Program-made: the position numbers and the translations under genes
Shown: in pieces, positions 1 to 15,570 of the stretch
Layout of the letters: each line of letters starts with the position of its first letter
Numbering within the stretch: the first letter of the stretch is position 1
From: Eledone cirrhosa
Lineage: Eukaryota
Assembly (NCBI GenBank): GCA_964016885.1
Contig: OZ024749.1
Coordinates: 43,524,001 to 43,588,000, forward strand
Reading direction: 5' to 3'
Length of the DNA: 64,000 bases
Notes under the pieces: model-generated
Databases searched by the model: none
What the model was told of the DNA's origin: nothing
The model's input: the letters and a program-made list of their open reading frames with translations, nothing else

Positions 1-284
1 TGAAAATAAGCGGGTAGCGATCTCTAGACCTACCAGTTCAGAGAAACAATTGTCAGCAATGAGATTAAAAACCTTTTTTGTATAGCAAACCGTGTCACTC
101 TTCTTTCCTGATTTATTATTACTCCAAGTGTTTACAACATAGGAATTACAGCGTACTCGCAGCATCACTATGGAAACGCCTTGTTGAGTCAAACTTAGCC
201 AAGCGTTGATATCATCCACTACCCGGAGTACCATAACTGGACTACACCTAAGTGTAACTACCTATAACAATAATTTGTTACCCC

Positions 285-286
<2 letters not shown>
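1..286 (+). mobile_element. Penelope-like pLTR remnant, family C, with hammerhead-like motif cut by the window edge
   Basis: GAAA-CAATT-GTC at 43-54 (palindromic CAATTG stem III, GUC triplet). GGTAG/CTACC hairpin at 13-34. TGAAAA at 1-6 is a possible degenerate (C)UGANGA box. Bases 101-286 recur diverged at 49107-49291, and both copies end in (TA)n. Confidence 0.55.
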
Positions 287-380
<94 letters not shown>

Positions 381-1112
381 TTATATATATAAGCGTCTTT
401 CACAATTTCCAGATGAAAAAAAATTAAAGTCTTTGCTGTTTAAACTACTTTATTCTTATTCTTTCTGAAAACTTTACTTCCTTAGTTAAGTAATCTTCTG
501 AAATAAATAAATGACATTTGATGGAGAAACTATAAAATTGAGATCGTTTTCCTCATTAAATTTAACATTAGTCTTTTTAGCAGCATTGGAACGACGATAA
601 ATGATCGCCATTGCAAATAGAACAACATTTAAATTTTTATCTTTTTCTTTCTATATTCCTCTGTTCGCTTCCTCTTTCCCTCTTTCTATTCATTATTCAG
701 TCTACTTAATTAATACCCGTGTGTCATTCAATGTTGAATTAAATGTAATTTTCCTAAATGCTATATAACATAGAAACAATACAGCTTATTCTTACGCTCA
801 CCGCAGTAAACAGAAATTTAAATGGTATGTGGAAGTGACAATTTTTATTTCGATTCTAAATTCTTGTGAAAATTGATGTCCATTATGTTGGAATAATTCT
901 CTCAAAGACGCCCGAATTATATATGTTCAGCTTACTATCGATTTAAATTCCTACTTCGTATATTATGTATATAATGGATGAATGGCCGTTAAGAAAACGA
1001 CAATGCTTTCCTGCCTTACGCCTGATGTGCCCATGACAGTAATAGAGGTGTCAATACACAAACTTACACGTGCGTGCACATACACATCTATACAGATGTG
1101 TGTATGTGGGGG

Positions 1113-1191
<79 letters not shown>

Positions 1192-1260
1192 ATGTATATT
1201 TATATGTATATATATTTATATATGTATGTATATATTTATATATATATGTATTTATATATG

Positions 1261-1304
<44 letters not shown>

Positions 1305-1611
1305 TATGTATGCGTGCATGTTCACTCAAATGAAACAGAGAGAGATAGAGAGTATGTATGTGCATGTACTGCATGTGTATACATATCTACGAGAAAATTC
1401 GTGTGTATATCTTCAACAAAAATCAAATATAGAATTATACAAATAATCTGGGGTACTTGTAACAGGCCTATTACATATTCCATCTATTCATTTATGGATG
1501 TTTAACACTACTCACAACAACCCAACAACCTAATAACCTAACAACTGCACACATCCCATATTCAAAGGGTAGTTACTACTGTCTATATATATATATCTTT
1601 CTCTCTCTCTG

Positions 1612-1642
<31 letters not shown>

Positions 1643-1699
1643 ATCTATCTCTATCTCCCCCCCCCCTCACCAGCCCCCTCTCACTCACTCTCTCTCTCT

Positions 1700-1830
1700 A
1701 GCTGAATGTTGTCAACCAACATGAAACAGAGTGCTTTTCTCAAGGACGGACACAACGCACCATCCCGTCACGCGCACTCGAACTCACAACCATAAGGTCG
1801 TAAACTGGGAACCATAACCACTAACATGCA
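1700..1830 (-). mobile_element. Degenerate tRNA-derived CORE-type SINE fragment
   Basis: Reverse complement has a tRNA-like head (tagtggtt...gagttcgagt) followed by gtccgtccttgagaaaagcactct, matching the better copy at 51922-52041. Confidence 0.6.
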
Positions 1831-1904
1831 CACACAGAGAGACATATATATATATATATATATATAAATATATGAATATATTTATACACGTAGGTTTCAT
1901 ATAA

Positions 1905-1942
<38 letters not shown>

Positions 1943-1958
1943 TATATAACTTGTTTTA

Positions 1959-2012
<54 letters not shown>

Positions 2013-2024
2013 ATATATAACTTG

Positions 2025-2065
<41 letters not shown>

Positions 2066-2076
2066 ATATATAACTG

Positions 2077-2130
<54 letters not shown>

Positions 2131-2136
2131 ACACAC

Positions 2137-2182
<46 letters not shown>

Positions 2183-2432
2183 ACACACGTAAATACACAC
2201 ATATGCACCACACACACAGGGTGCGTAGTAACAAAAGATGACCGACAGAGGAGGACACCTATTGGACATCTGGTTAAGGGCCAAGTAAGTAACCCCATAT
2301 CTCCAAGTCATATTTGTTGATTCTCTATATAAATTACTCCAAGGCATAATACAAAAAAAAAACGGCATTAAACGAAATACAGGTATTTAGATCTTGGCAT
2401 TGACATTACTACTCTAAATGGGATGGGCTTTA

Positions 2433-3580
<1,148 letters not shown>

Positions 3581-3787
3581 TACTTAAGTTTCATATTTCA
3601 TATTTAATCTATATTCATTTCTTCACTCCTCTGTCTTTTTCATTCTTACTGTTTCAGTATCTATTTTTTTTTTCTTCATAACTCTCAGCATATAATATAA
3701 CTGTACATCTCATTTCATACCCTTTCGTTTCTTTCATCGCACTCATATATACCTTCCAACATACACATATATGTGAGAAAGAGTTCT

Positions 3788-3863
<76 letters not shown>

Positions 3864-3896
3864 TGTGTGTGTGTGTGTGTGTGTGCATGTTGGTAC

Positions 3897-3939
<43 letters not shown>

Positions 3940-3954
3940 TGTTCATGTTGGTAC

Positions 3955-4003
<49 letters not shown>

Positions 4004-4292
4004 TGTGCATGTTGGTACGTACGTATATATATATATATATATACTTTTTGTAATTATTTTTAAAAGTTACTTATAGCAAAGAACAAAGCATTTGCATTGG
4101 TAAGAAAACCAATTACTATAAAAGAAAATATATGTCTATTGATTTAACATCAATATATTGCGAGTAGATATATATGTGTGGTCGACGACATATACTCGTA
4201 AAATACACCTCGGTGAAGTTTTAACACAGAACACTCAATGAGAGAATAAATTATGTTACAGAGTGAAATCATCTGGTTTAAATCTACACAGA

Positions 4293-4356
<64 letters not shown>

Positions 4357-4367
4357 CTTGGCCGACC

Positions 4368-4398
<31 letters not shown>

Positions 4399-4747
4399 TT
4401 TGTAAATATTCTACTCTAACCATAATTTTCAGTAGCACCACTCCACATAAATTCTGTAAATGTTTGCTGTAATTTGGTTAATTTTTCGAAAGTAATTTTG
4501 ATTGATGAGGAGAACTTATGTAATTTAATTTTCTTAAACAGATACCATTATGTTTGTTTTTAATTTTTTTCTCGCATTAATATAAAAATAGATGAAAAAG
4601 ATGTCTGCATTGGAGAGTGAAAACTCACAGACGGTTTATTATTTTTCAAATTCAATATTATAATGAAGTTGACTAACAGAGGATTTTTAAACCTCAGCAT
4701 CAATAAAAATAACAATTATAAACAATAACAATAATGATAATGACGTA

Positions 4748-4895
4748 CCTTAGGTGCAAGGCCAGCAAGTTGTGAGGGGAGAATTCGTGGACCTTGACCC
4801 CATTACGTGACTGGTACTCTAATGTATCGCCACCTGAAAGATGAAAGACAAACGTGAGCTCAACAGGATTTGAAATCAGAAAGTAAAAGACACCT
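4748..4895 (-). mobile_element. Old diverged copy of the Meta-like SINE
   Basis: gcaaggccagcaa...ctggtact...gatgaaagacaaa...ggatttgaaatcagaa aligns by eye to the reverse complement of the SINE consensus. Confidence 0.65.
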
Positions 4896-5825
4896 GAGAG
4901 GTGGATTCTATTGAAATGGAAAGTTAAAAACAAACAGGAATTAAGAGATTATTTTGTTCTACCGCGACGCTTTTTACCCAATTATTAACCCTTAAAAATA
5001 ATGGTTCTTAATCATTTTATATCACGCCACCCCTTGAGATTTTGAAATTCCATCCCCACCCCTAGGCCTAGAACAAAAAGAAGTTGAATTTTCAGGTCAA
5101 ATTATCAGCTACTTAGCCGCTACTATTTAATTAATCAACTACTATGATTTAATTAAATAACTTCTATGTTGAAATAAATGGAAAGCTATGAAACACTGAA
5201 TGATGCGAAGTAAAATGAAAAAAAGTTGTTTCTCTAGACATTTGCTTCCACCCCTAAGAACTGAAGCTCGCACCCCTTGGGGTTGCTGGCACTCCAGGTT
5301 CAGAACGACTTCTTTAAAATAACAGAATTTGTCAAGTTTGTTATCGCTTATGTGTATCTGTACATAGAACCAACAAACTTTAATTGAAGGATGAGCATTC
5401 AATATATTTGAGCAGTGACTTGAAAATGCAGCAGTGCGGGCCTCATCTAGAAAGTAACTGACAACTTTCCCTTTAATAAAATTAGAGTATGTAATGTATG
5501 TGTGTTTGTGGTGAGCGCAATTGTGTGTGTGTGTGTGTGTGTGTATGTTTGTGGTGAGCGCAAGTGTGTGTGTGTATACACGAGATAGATTTGCGTTGGA
5601 CAATTGATTTGAACTCAGTTACTCAGTTCTTCAATCGACTGGAAACTTAAGATAACATTTAGTGTAGCTAGCTTTGATATTTTATTTACACACTCTCATA
5701 CACACACACATATATATATATAGTTATGTATGTGTGTGTGTATATATATATATATGTGTGTGCGTGTGTGTGTCTGTATATATGTGTAAATATATATATG
5801 TGTGTGTATATATATATGTATATAT

Positions 5826-6046
5826 AACGGCGATGAATTAGTTTTGCGAGGTTTTTGATATGAAATCGTGTGTCGAAACCAATATTGTTATACTTGGGGA
5901 GGGTCATATTTGTGTAATAATATTGCCAGAATTAATAACAGAACACACTCACTGTTTGGTTGGTTTTCGCTTCTGTATCTTTTATATCGGTTAATTTAAT
6001 TTATTCGGTCCTCAATGTTACCATTGACTGACCAACGGTAAACAAC
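5826..6046. mobile_element. (TA)n-embedded dispersed repeat, family B, copy 1
   Basis: gttatacttggggagggtcatatttg...gaacacactcactgtttggtt is shared with 17564-17725 and 28027-28118. All copies abut TA-rich microsatellite. Confidence 0.75.
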
Positions 6047-6067
6047 ACATATATATATGTATATATA

Positions 6068-6127
<60 letters not shown>

Positions 6128-6572
6128 ATCAAGAATTGTTTTTTTGTGAAAGTCTGTGGGTGATTTTTTACTTACATTTTATTTATCAATCGCCTGCAGA
6201 TATTTTCTTTTATAAAACAAAATAAATGTTAGTTACTGTAAAATCTGAATCTTATTTGACAAGTCAAAATGTGATTAATGCTTGTCTATTTACTGAAAAA
6301 ACAAATGTTTTCTGTTTTAACAATGTGTTTCTGTTTTAATTGGGACATCTCTAAGTTAATATTATCTTAAGATAATATTTAGTTAAATAATTTCAGAAAT
6401 TGTCACAACAGAACTAATGACGAAGAAAATAATTCGATTTTCTTTAAGATTAATTTAACACTTGAAACAAATTCAGCCATTTTGTTATTGTTGCTTAGTT
6501 AATCTTAGTGGCTTTTAAAGTTTCTTTGTATTTATCTTGATTTTTATTGTATAACTGTGTCTTTCGTGACAT

Positions 6573-6610
<38 letters not shown>

Positions 6611-7439
6611 TGATTAGATGTTGATATTTTTTTCTTTTAGTAGTATATTGCGTTAGAGCCATGTTTTGTCAATGGCAATTTATTTATTTTTCACAGTTAT
6701 TCCCCTTGCTATTTTACCTGTTTTTGTGCATGGTTTTTAAGGATTCTTTGTTTTATTTTCATTTCTTTGTTATGTAGTTGTATAAGATTTATATTTTTTG
6801 GCTTTTGCTGTGTTTTTTGTTAGTCTATTTCGTTGGCAGCAAGTTTTACCGAAGTAATTTGTTAATTTTTCACAGTTATTTCCCTTATTTTTCATTTCCG
6901 AGTATGTTTATGTATAGGAGTGCATATATGTTAATGGGTTTGTGTGGATGAGCGCTGTGTGTAACTTAATCGAATATTACGATAAAGAAGCGAAAGGAAA
7001 ACAAAGAACATGGTTGTATATGTGTGTGTGTACGGGGAGACACACATACACACACACACACACACAAATACACACATACATATATACATATATAGGTGGA
7101 TACTTGTAATTTTTTAAGTGAATGTGTTGTGTGAATGTAAGTATGCATATATGTACACGTATGTAAACGTTTTGAAAGCCTAAAGGTAATATTTTATCAC
7201 TGTAACGAGTGTAATAATTACATTTAGAATATACAGTCAACGATTTTACAATAAAATGACATAAACCAATTATTTTCCTGCCTTCATATTTCTTTTGTAT
7301 GTATTTACCTTATGACAGATTGTGTTAATTACATAGTTAACTAATTGAAACTTATTTACGTGTAAAAGGTGAAACACAAAGTTTTCTTTGCGCATTTCTC
7401 ACAACGACTTTATTCTTTTATTCTTTTTTCAGATTTCTG

Positions 7440-8100
7440 TCATCAGACTGCGGCCAGACTGGGGCAACGCTTTTAGTCGCTCATATTGACACCAGTACTT
7501 ATTTGTCTTTAAAAATGTGGTACTCATTTTTAAAATGTTGTTAAGAAATTGATGGTAAAGGAGACTAACAAAGATAAAACGGCATCTCAGTGCCTGTAGC
7601 ATATCTAGTCTATCCAAAACCTCTATCTGACATGACACAAAACTTCAAATACTCCAAATACATCAATCGTCGATCCAACAGTGTCTTATCCTTGTGAAAA
7701 TTCGGAAAAGACCTGCCAAATTTACTGAATTGGAAATGTCTTCCACAGAGGTTTTCTTAGGACTACTATTAGAATTTTTTGGCGGCATGGTCACATCAGG
7801 AAGGAAAAGGTCATATGAAGGGGCGGGCAGATTAATCCTCGAAACACCATGACAGTAAGGTCACTCGGCCGCGAACCATGCATCCTTACGATGAGGCCAA
7901 TGAAAGACGACATCAAATGGAAGCCAGAGGCGATGCAGAACAGGCAAGGCAGATCCGTTACAGTCTGAGTCAGGTTTGTGACAGAAGATCTGGTAGACAT
8001 GAGCCTGTTCTGGGAACATGTTCATGACAGGGCTTGGAATATGCGTGATCTAAATATTTATTGCCTAGTGCTCCATTGGGGAAAGAATGAACTAAAAAAT
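7440..8100 (+). pseudogene. Degraded RTE-clade LINE, C-terminal part of the RT ORF
   Basis: Manual translation across stops and frameshifts gives TKLQI..IVDPTVSYPCENSEKT..NVFHRGFLRTTIRIFW..KWKPEAMQNRQGRSVTV*VRFVTEDLVDMSLFWEHVHDRA. This parallels the RTE pattern TKLRI..LLYGCETW..VFHxRCLRxILxIxW..WxPxGxRxRGRPxxTW..EDL..W..AxDR. Confidence 0.75.
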
Positions 8101-8679
8101 AATAAATAATGACGGAGCACGGATCAGGATTTTACATATGTATATATATATATGTGTATGTGTGTGTGTGTGTGTGTACATATATATACACACAGACACA
8201 TATATACACACACATATACATATACACATAGATATGTACATATAGAAATATATATATATATAGATGTGTGTGTACATATATATATGTGTGTGTGTGTAGT
8301 GGATAGATTATAAATATTTACAACTCAATTCTCTCCCAAGAAAGTCCACTGTAAATAGAAATAAATATTCTTATATTCACAACATATAATCAAACATTGT
8401 ATTATTGATAAAAGAAAATACATTCATATTACTTTTACCACAATTTTAAGAGTCAATTATATATATAAATATATATGTGTATATATGTATATATATATAT
8501 ATGTGTGTGTGTGTGTACGTTTGTAAATATACGCTGACGTGCGTGTGTTTGTGCATGTATATATATATATATATATATATATATGCTGACGTGTGTCTTT
8601 ATACATATATATACGTATATATAATTATAATTATATATATACATATATATATAATTATATGTATATATATATATATAAT

Positions 8680-8756
<77 letters not shown>

Positions 8757-8774
8757 GGGGGGACACGAGTTGTG

Positions 8775-9081
8775 ATATATTAGTAAAGAGGAAAAGGAAA
8801 TGCTGACAAATTTTTCCCAGTGAAAAATAGTTTAATTGGGAATAAGTATAATTTAGTAATATGTATTAGTTAGTATTCAGTTTTAGTTTTAAGTTTTTAC
8901 CGGTTGCGCATTTCTTATGCTTTTCAAAAATAATTTTGAGATAGAGTGCTCGTGATTTTTGCTCTAATCAGATTAAAACTAAAACTGAATACTAACTAAT
9001 ACTTATTACTAAATTATACTTATTCCTAATTAAACTATTTTTCACTATGAAAAATTTGTCAGCATTTACTTTTCCTTTTTA

Positions 9082-9090
<9 letters not shown>
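8775..9090. repeat. Foldback element, family F: ~117-bp inverted arms and ~80-bp spacer
   Basis: 8775-8892 is the reverse complement of 8973-9090 with few mismatches. The right end runs into (TA)n. Confidence 0.9.
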
Positions 9091-9141
<51 letters not shown>

Positions 9142-9189
9142 GAGGTTTTTTTTCCGGGTATGTCAATATTTATTTATAAAACAAATCTG

Positions 9190-9255
9190 TATTTTATCTG
9201 ATGAAAGCGCACCATAATTTCCCTTGGTGGCCCTTGAAATATGGATAATAAAATA
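9190..9255 (+). ncRNA. Minimal type-I hammerhead ribozyme motif (family J)
   Basis: Stem I TATTTTAT (9190-97) pairs with ATAAAATA (9248-55). CTGATGA at 9198-9204. Stem II AAG..CACCA/TGGTG..CTT. GAAA at 9236-39. Short stem III T-ATGG-A. AUA triplet, with predicted cut after 9247. Lies in a ~160-bp insert between (TA)n tracts. Confidence 0.8.
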
Positions 9256-9293
9256 AATATGGTTTTATAAATATAATTTCCATTTATTAATAT

Positions 9294-9349
<56 letters not shown>

Positions 9350-9357
9350 CGTATATA

Positions 9358-9418
<61 letters not shown>

Positions 9419-10141
9419 CTATGTTTATAAATAACGTCACGAATAATTCAGTTTGACATTCAATTGCAATAAATTAATGCCACACCAAATCTGAAACAGA
9501 AAATGACAGGAGAAACAATTTAGCCCGAAATTCATTTTAGATAAATTGAGACTAATAAAAACAGACGAAACGAAATAACGTCAACAGCAACTACAATTTA
9601 ACAAGAAAAAAATCACAGGAAAAACAAAAACATTAACGAGAGAAAATGAAACGAAACTATGATGGACATTTTTCAATCAATGATTTACAGAAATGAAAAA
9701 AAATATATACAATAATTATTATTATATTTTTTAAAAATTCAAAACAAATTGTAGAAAACGAAAATAATTCATATATTATCAAAGTGTTGACAGATAGAAG
9801 TATTTCTAGAAAGTACGAAATCTCATATGAATCGTTTCCCCTTCTGCGATATTTCGACAACGCCATCTTGTTTTGATGGTCTGCTTACTAAATGACATCT
9901 TCCAGACAATTCTAATATTACTAGTAGCAGCACTTCACACAAGATCGTTCATGTAAATACTAAAATACTGACAAAGCGTTAACAGAGGTTGCATGCAATA
10001 AAATATAAATTGTTTATGTCTTTGTTAAGTAGGTGGACCCATCACAGAGAAATAGATAAAAATATTTTAAGGAAAAAACAACTTGATGAATCGATCAATC
10101 ATTATAGCTATTTATTCATTTATTTAGGTTTGCATGAATGC

Positions 10142-10241
<100 letters not shown>

Positions 10242-10568
10242 ATTTGTTTTGCAAGATTTCTTATTTGAAACATGTTGAAACATGCACTTATTTGTGTGCT
10301 TAGTTTTTGCATGCGTAAACTAAGCCCACTACACACTACAGAAAAACAAGATGGTGTAGGACAGAACAAAGGAGCGACACAAAATAAAAACCTAGTCACT
10401 GAGGAGGTCACAGAATGTGTGACGAAAGAGTCTTGACAATATATAAACAAACATCCGGTTATTGAACCAACGAACCAACCGGAAATTTATAATAAATTGA
10501 AGTAAAAACCAACAGGTGCGTTTTTTTATTGGCAACATAATCCTCCCAAAGTATACCAATATATATAT

Positions 10569-10791
10569 ATATGGTGTCCCACAAAATATGTATACACTCT
10601 TTGATTACCTGTACAGGCAATATTTATTATTGAATACACAGCCTTTCCCAAAAATGATCTACAGACATAATTCAATTGTATGTAAACACACAAAATGTTT
10701 ACATAATTCGAATAATACATATAAAACAGAATTTATTTTAATGCATTTTTTAAAGATTTTTTGTATATACAATTTTCGAGGACACCCTATA
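10569..10791. mobile_element. Tc1/mariner-type MITE
   Basis: Imperfect terminal inverted repeats tatggtgtcccacaaaatatgtatac / gtatatacaattttcgaggacaccctata, with TA flanks. Confidence 0.7.
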
Positions 10792-10828
10792 TATATATAT
10801 ATATATACACGCATTATTTCGTTCACTA

Positions 10829-10869
<41 letters not shown>

Positions 10870-11619
10870 TACACACACACGTATAAATTATATCTGACAT
10901 GATCACTTTAAAATGAAAAGAGGAAATCTTCCAGCAACACGAAAATGCGACGCAGTTTCAAGCCTTGATGTAAGCAGTTTGTCGTCATTAAGTCTATATA
11001 TATACATACATATACATGTATATATACAAACACACATATATATATGTATGTATCTGTGTGTGCGTGAATTTCGTATATGAACGTCACAATTATTGGTTGA
11101 TTTCCTTTCAATTGAAAACAAACAACTCTTTCTTATATCATATATATATACATAGGTACGCACACACATACATACATGTTATGTATATATGTGTGTATGT
11201 GTGTATGTGTGTGTGTAAGTATGTTTAGGGTATGAATATGATAAACACACAAAGATGGGTTTGCCGTATTCAATCAATCGACTTGAATTGGCTTGAATTT
11301 GTATGCAAATAAATAGTTAAGTAAATATAGTTAATTAGGCATATATTGTTAATTAGGGAATATTGTTAATTAAGCATATATTGTTAGAAAAGGGAAAATA
11401 CAAGAGAAGAGAAAACAATGAAGTCGTGTAGGACATAAAGGTATTCCTGTATGAAATTTCAAAATGAAACCAATGATTCTTTTTGTAATTTTAGAGAGTT
11501 TGAATCTGTTGTAAATTTGAGAAATTATATAAAGAGAATATATTTCATTATTGGGTATATACACTTGTAAAAAGAAAATTGTAGAAGAATAAATAAGGTA
11601 TATTTGTGTGTGTATGTAT

Positions 11620-11663
<44 letters not shown>

Positions 11664-11841
11664 ATATATATCTCTCTCTATATATATATATTTATATATA
11701 TACAAAGAGAGAGAGAGAGAGAACATCCGTCCACATACATACATACATACATGGATCTATGGCAACCGAAAAGATCAAATCCTTTCCAGGCATATAACGA
11801 AATAATATAGAAATGTAGCACATTGAAACGATTTTATTATT

Positions 11842-11980
11842 AAATCCCGCGGAGGTTAACTTTGCCTTTCATCCTTACAGGGTCTATAAAAGAAAGTACC
11901 AGTCACGCACTGGGTCGATTTAATCGACTTTCCGCTCCCCCAAAGTTGCTGGCCTTGTGCCTATATAAGAAACCATTATT
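11842..11980 (+). mobile_element. 5'-truncated Meta-like SINE (long form)
   Basis: aaatcccgcggaggttaactttgcctttcatccttac...gtaccagtcacgcactgggtcgatttaatcgactt...gctggccttgtgcctatataagaaaccattatt. Confidence 0.85.
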
Positions 11981-13042
11981 AAGACTAATTCTGCTTAACA
12001 GAAGCTTTTCGTTAAATCAAAAATTCATTAGATTTACGGTAAAACGATTCTAATTTCGATTTTATATAAACAATTCCTAGGCATATAGTCTTCTGAAATA
12101 GGGAACGTTTACTAAGAACGTCTTCAATTTCTGCTTTGGGTTGTAGACTGGCAGAATCGGTAGAGCGTCCTTCTGGTCAAATTTTACTAATATTATACTG
12201 TCTTTCTAAACACCGACCACATTCTCCCATATACCCTCGTATTTAAGGAAAACAGCAATACTGAAAAAATGAATACTGCAATCCTGTTTCGCCTGGTTTG
12301 TTTAAACTAAAACATTAATCATTTTGTATAGAAGAGACACCTTAAATCGGAATTCGTGTTAATAGAAAGTACTTTTATTATTGAATAATAATAATAATTT
12401 TTTTTTTTTTTAATTATCAAAGATTTAGGTCGAAACAAAAGCTTGTCTAAAACCAGGCAGTAAGCAGAGGCAAATGTCAAACATCAAATTTAACATTTAA
12501 ATTAGACAACCTTTTCTTTGAACATATGTCAGAATAGGTTCTGGAGAGGAATTACTTAATTTGGTGCAATGATGAGACACCCTATATACACACACACACA
12601 CACATATATATAAGTATATACATACATACACACACATATATGTATATATATACACACACATACATATGAGTTAGGGGTTGAGAATGAGAGTGAGTTGTGA
12701 CAGAATGAAGCGGAGTACACACACACACACGCACATACCTTCCTGCACATTTACACACCAATACGCACGCATGCCTGGGTGCGCATGCTGCACACGCATA
12801 CACACACATATGCGTATACACACATTCACTCCAACAGGCACATGCCCCGCGTACACACAGCACAGACACACACACAACACAGACACACACACAACAGACA
12901 CATACACACACATACACACAGCACACACACACACACACACACACACTGACGTGCGCTGAACTTTTCTTTAAATGTTAAATATTGTCAGTGAAAATTAATT
13001 ATCTTTTCTACTTCTTTTGCAACAGTTTTGGGAGATGTTTAA

Positions 13043-15071
13043 AGAGAATTAGAGATATGGGCCGGATTAGAGAAGAGAACTAGATATGTGGGCCGGATTA
13101 GAGAAGAGAACTAGAGATATGGGCCGGATTAGAGAAGAGAACTAGATATGTGGGCCGGATTAGAGAAGAGAACTAGAGATATGGGCCGGATTAGAGAAGA
13201 GAACTAAAGATATGGGCCGGATTAGAGAAGAGAACTAGAGATATGGGCCGGATTAGAGAAGAGAACTAGAGATATGGGCCGGATTAGAGAAGAGAACTAG
13301 AGATATGGGCCGGATTAGAGAAGAGAACTAGAGATATGGGCCGGATTAGAGAAGAGAACTAGAGATATGGGCCGGATTAGAGAAGAGAACTAGATATGTG
13401 GGCCGGATTAGAGAAGAGAACTAGAGATGTGGGCCGGATTAGAGAAGAGAACTAGATATGTGGGCCGGATTAGAGAAGAGAACTAGAGATATGGGCCGGA
13501 TTAGAGAAGAGAACTAGAGATATTGGCCGGATTAGAGAAGAGAACTAGAGATGTGGGCCGGATTAGAGAAGAGAACTAGATATGTGGGCCGGATTAGAGA
13601 AGAGAACTAGAGATGTGGGCCGGATTAGAGAAGAGAACTAGAGATATGGGCCGGGTTAGAGAAGAGAACTAGAGATGTGGGCCGGATTAGAGAAGAGAAC
13701 TAGATATGTGGGCCGGATTAGAGAAGAGAACTAGAGATGTGGGCCGGATTAGAGAAGAGAACTAGAGATGTGGGCCGGATTAGAGAAGAGAACTAGAGAT
13801 GTGGGCCGGATTAGAGAAGAGAACTAGAGATATGGGCCGGATTAGAGAAGAGAACTAGAGATGTGGGCCGGATTAGAGAAGAGAACTAGATATGTGGGCC
13901 GGATTAGAGAAGAGAACTAGAGATGTGGGCCGGATTAGAGAAGAGAACTAGAGATATGGGCCGGGTTAGAGAAGAGAACTAGAGATGTGGGCCGGATTAG
14001 AGAAGAGAACTAGATATGTGGGCCGGATTAGAGAAGAGAACTAGAGATGTGGGCCGGATTAGAGAAGAGAACTAGAGATGTGGGCCGGATTAGAGAAGAG
14101 AACTAGAGATGTGGGCCGGATTAGAGAAGAGAACTAGAGATATGGGCCGGATTAGAGAAGAGAACTAGAGATGTGGGCCGGATTAGAGAAGAGAACTAGA
14201 GATATGGGCCGGATTAGAGAAGAGAACTAGAGATGTGGGCCGGATTAGAGAAGAGAACTAGAGATGTGGGCCGGATTAGAGAAGAGAACTAGAGATGTGG
14301 GCCGGATTAGAGAAGAGAACTAGAGATGTGGGCCGGATTAGAGAAGAGAACTAGAGATGTGGGCCGGATTAGAGAAGAGAACTAGAGATGTGGGCCGGAT
14401 TAGAGAAGAGAACTAGAGATGTGGGCGGGATTAGAGAAGAGAACTAGAGATGTGGGCCGGATTAGAGAAGAGAACTAGAGATGTGGGCCGGATTAAGAGA
14501 ACTAGAGATATGGGCCGGATTAGAGAAGAGAACTAGAGATGTGGGCCGGATTAGAGAAGAGAACTAGAGATGTGGGCCGGATTAGAGAAGAGAACTAGAG
14601 ATATGGGCCGGATTAGAGAAGAGAACTAGAGATATGGGCCGGATTAGAGAAGAGAACTAGAGATATGGGCCGGATTAGAGAAGAGAACTAGAGATGTGGG
14701 CCGGATTAGAGAAGAGAACTAGAGATGTGGGCCGGATTAGAGAAGAGAACTAGAGATGTGGGCCGGATTAGAGAAGAGAACTAGAGATATGGGCCGGATT
14801 AGAGAAGAGAACTAGAGATGTGGACCGGATTAGAGAAGAGAACTAGAGATGTGGGCCGGATTAGAGAAGAGAACTAGAGATATGGGCCGGATTAGAGAAG
14901 AGAACTAGAGATGTGGGCCGGATTAGAGAAGAGAACTAGAGATGTGGGCCGGATTAGAGAAGAGAACTAGAGATGTGGGCCGGATTAGAGAAGAGAACTA
15001 GAGATGTGGGCCGGATTAGAGAAGAGAACTAGAGATGTAGGCGGGATTACAGAAGGGCACTAGAGTGTGGG
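13043..15071. repeat. 31-bp minisatellite, about 65 copies
   Basis: Unit TAGAGATRTGGGCCGGATTAGAGAAGAGAAC, near-identical copies with three variant types and no spacers. Confidence 0.98.
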
Positions 15072-15319
15072 CTAGGAGTGGGAGGAGGGGTTGAAGGTTT
15101 GGGTGAAACAAAGAGATATGGGTGAGAGGTGGAGACGGGTGTGGGGAGTGTTACAGACAAATAGACAGAGAGACAGATAGGGGAGAGAGGGTATAGGAGT
15201 AACAGGGGTCTCAGAGAGACGTACGAAGCAAAAGAGAGAGGGGGAGTGAAACGCTGACATTTGTAAAATAGGGAATAGTGAATTGTAGAAGAATGGGAAC
15301 ACAAAAAAGAGAGACAGAT

Positions 15320-15364
<45 letters not shown>

Positions 15365-15503
15365 CAGGCAAACAACAGACAGAAAGACAGGCAGACAGAG
15401 AGAGGGGGAGAGAGAGACAGGCAAACAACAGACAGACGAAGAATAATGATTCACGAGACGGAATGAAGACGGAAGAAGTGAGACGGTGAACTAGAGTAGA
15501 GGG

Positions 15504-15570
<67 letters not shown>

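Noticed and set aside
9657-9869. aagATGGCG start or YY1-like motif with a 69-aa ORF
   Set aside because: The donor is weak. Splicing to the acceptor at ~9491 gives only a ~27-aa peptide with no recognisable homology.
13043-15071. CRISPR-like 31-bp repeat
   Set aside because: Units are contiguous with no unique spacers, there are no cas genes, and the context is eukaryotic.
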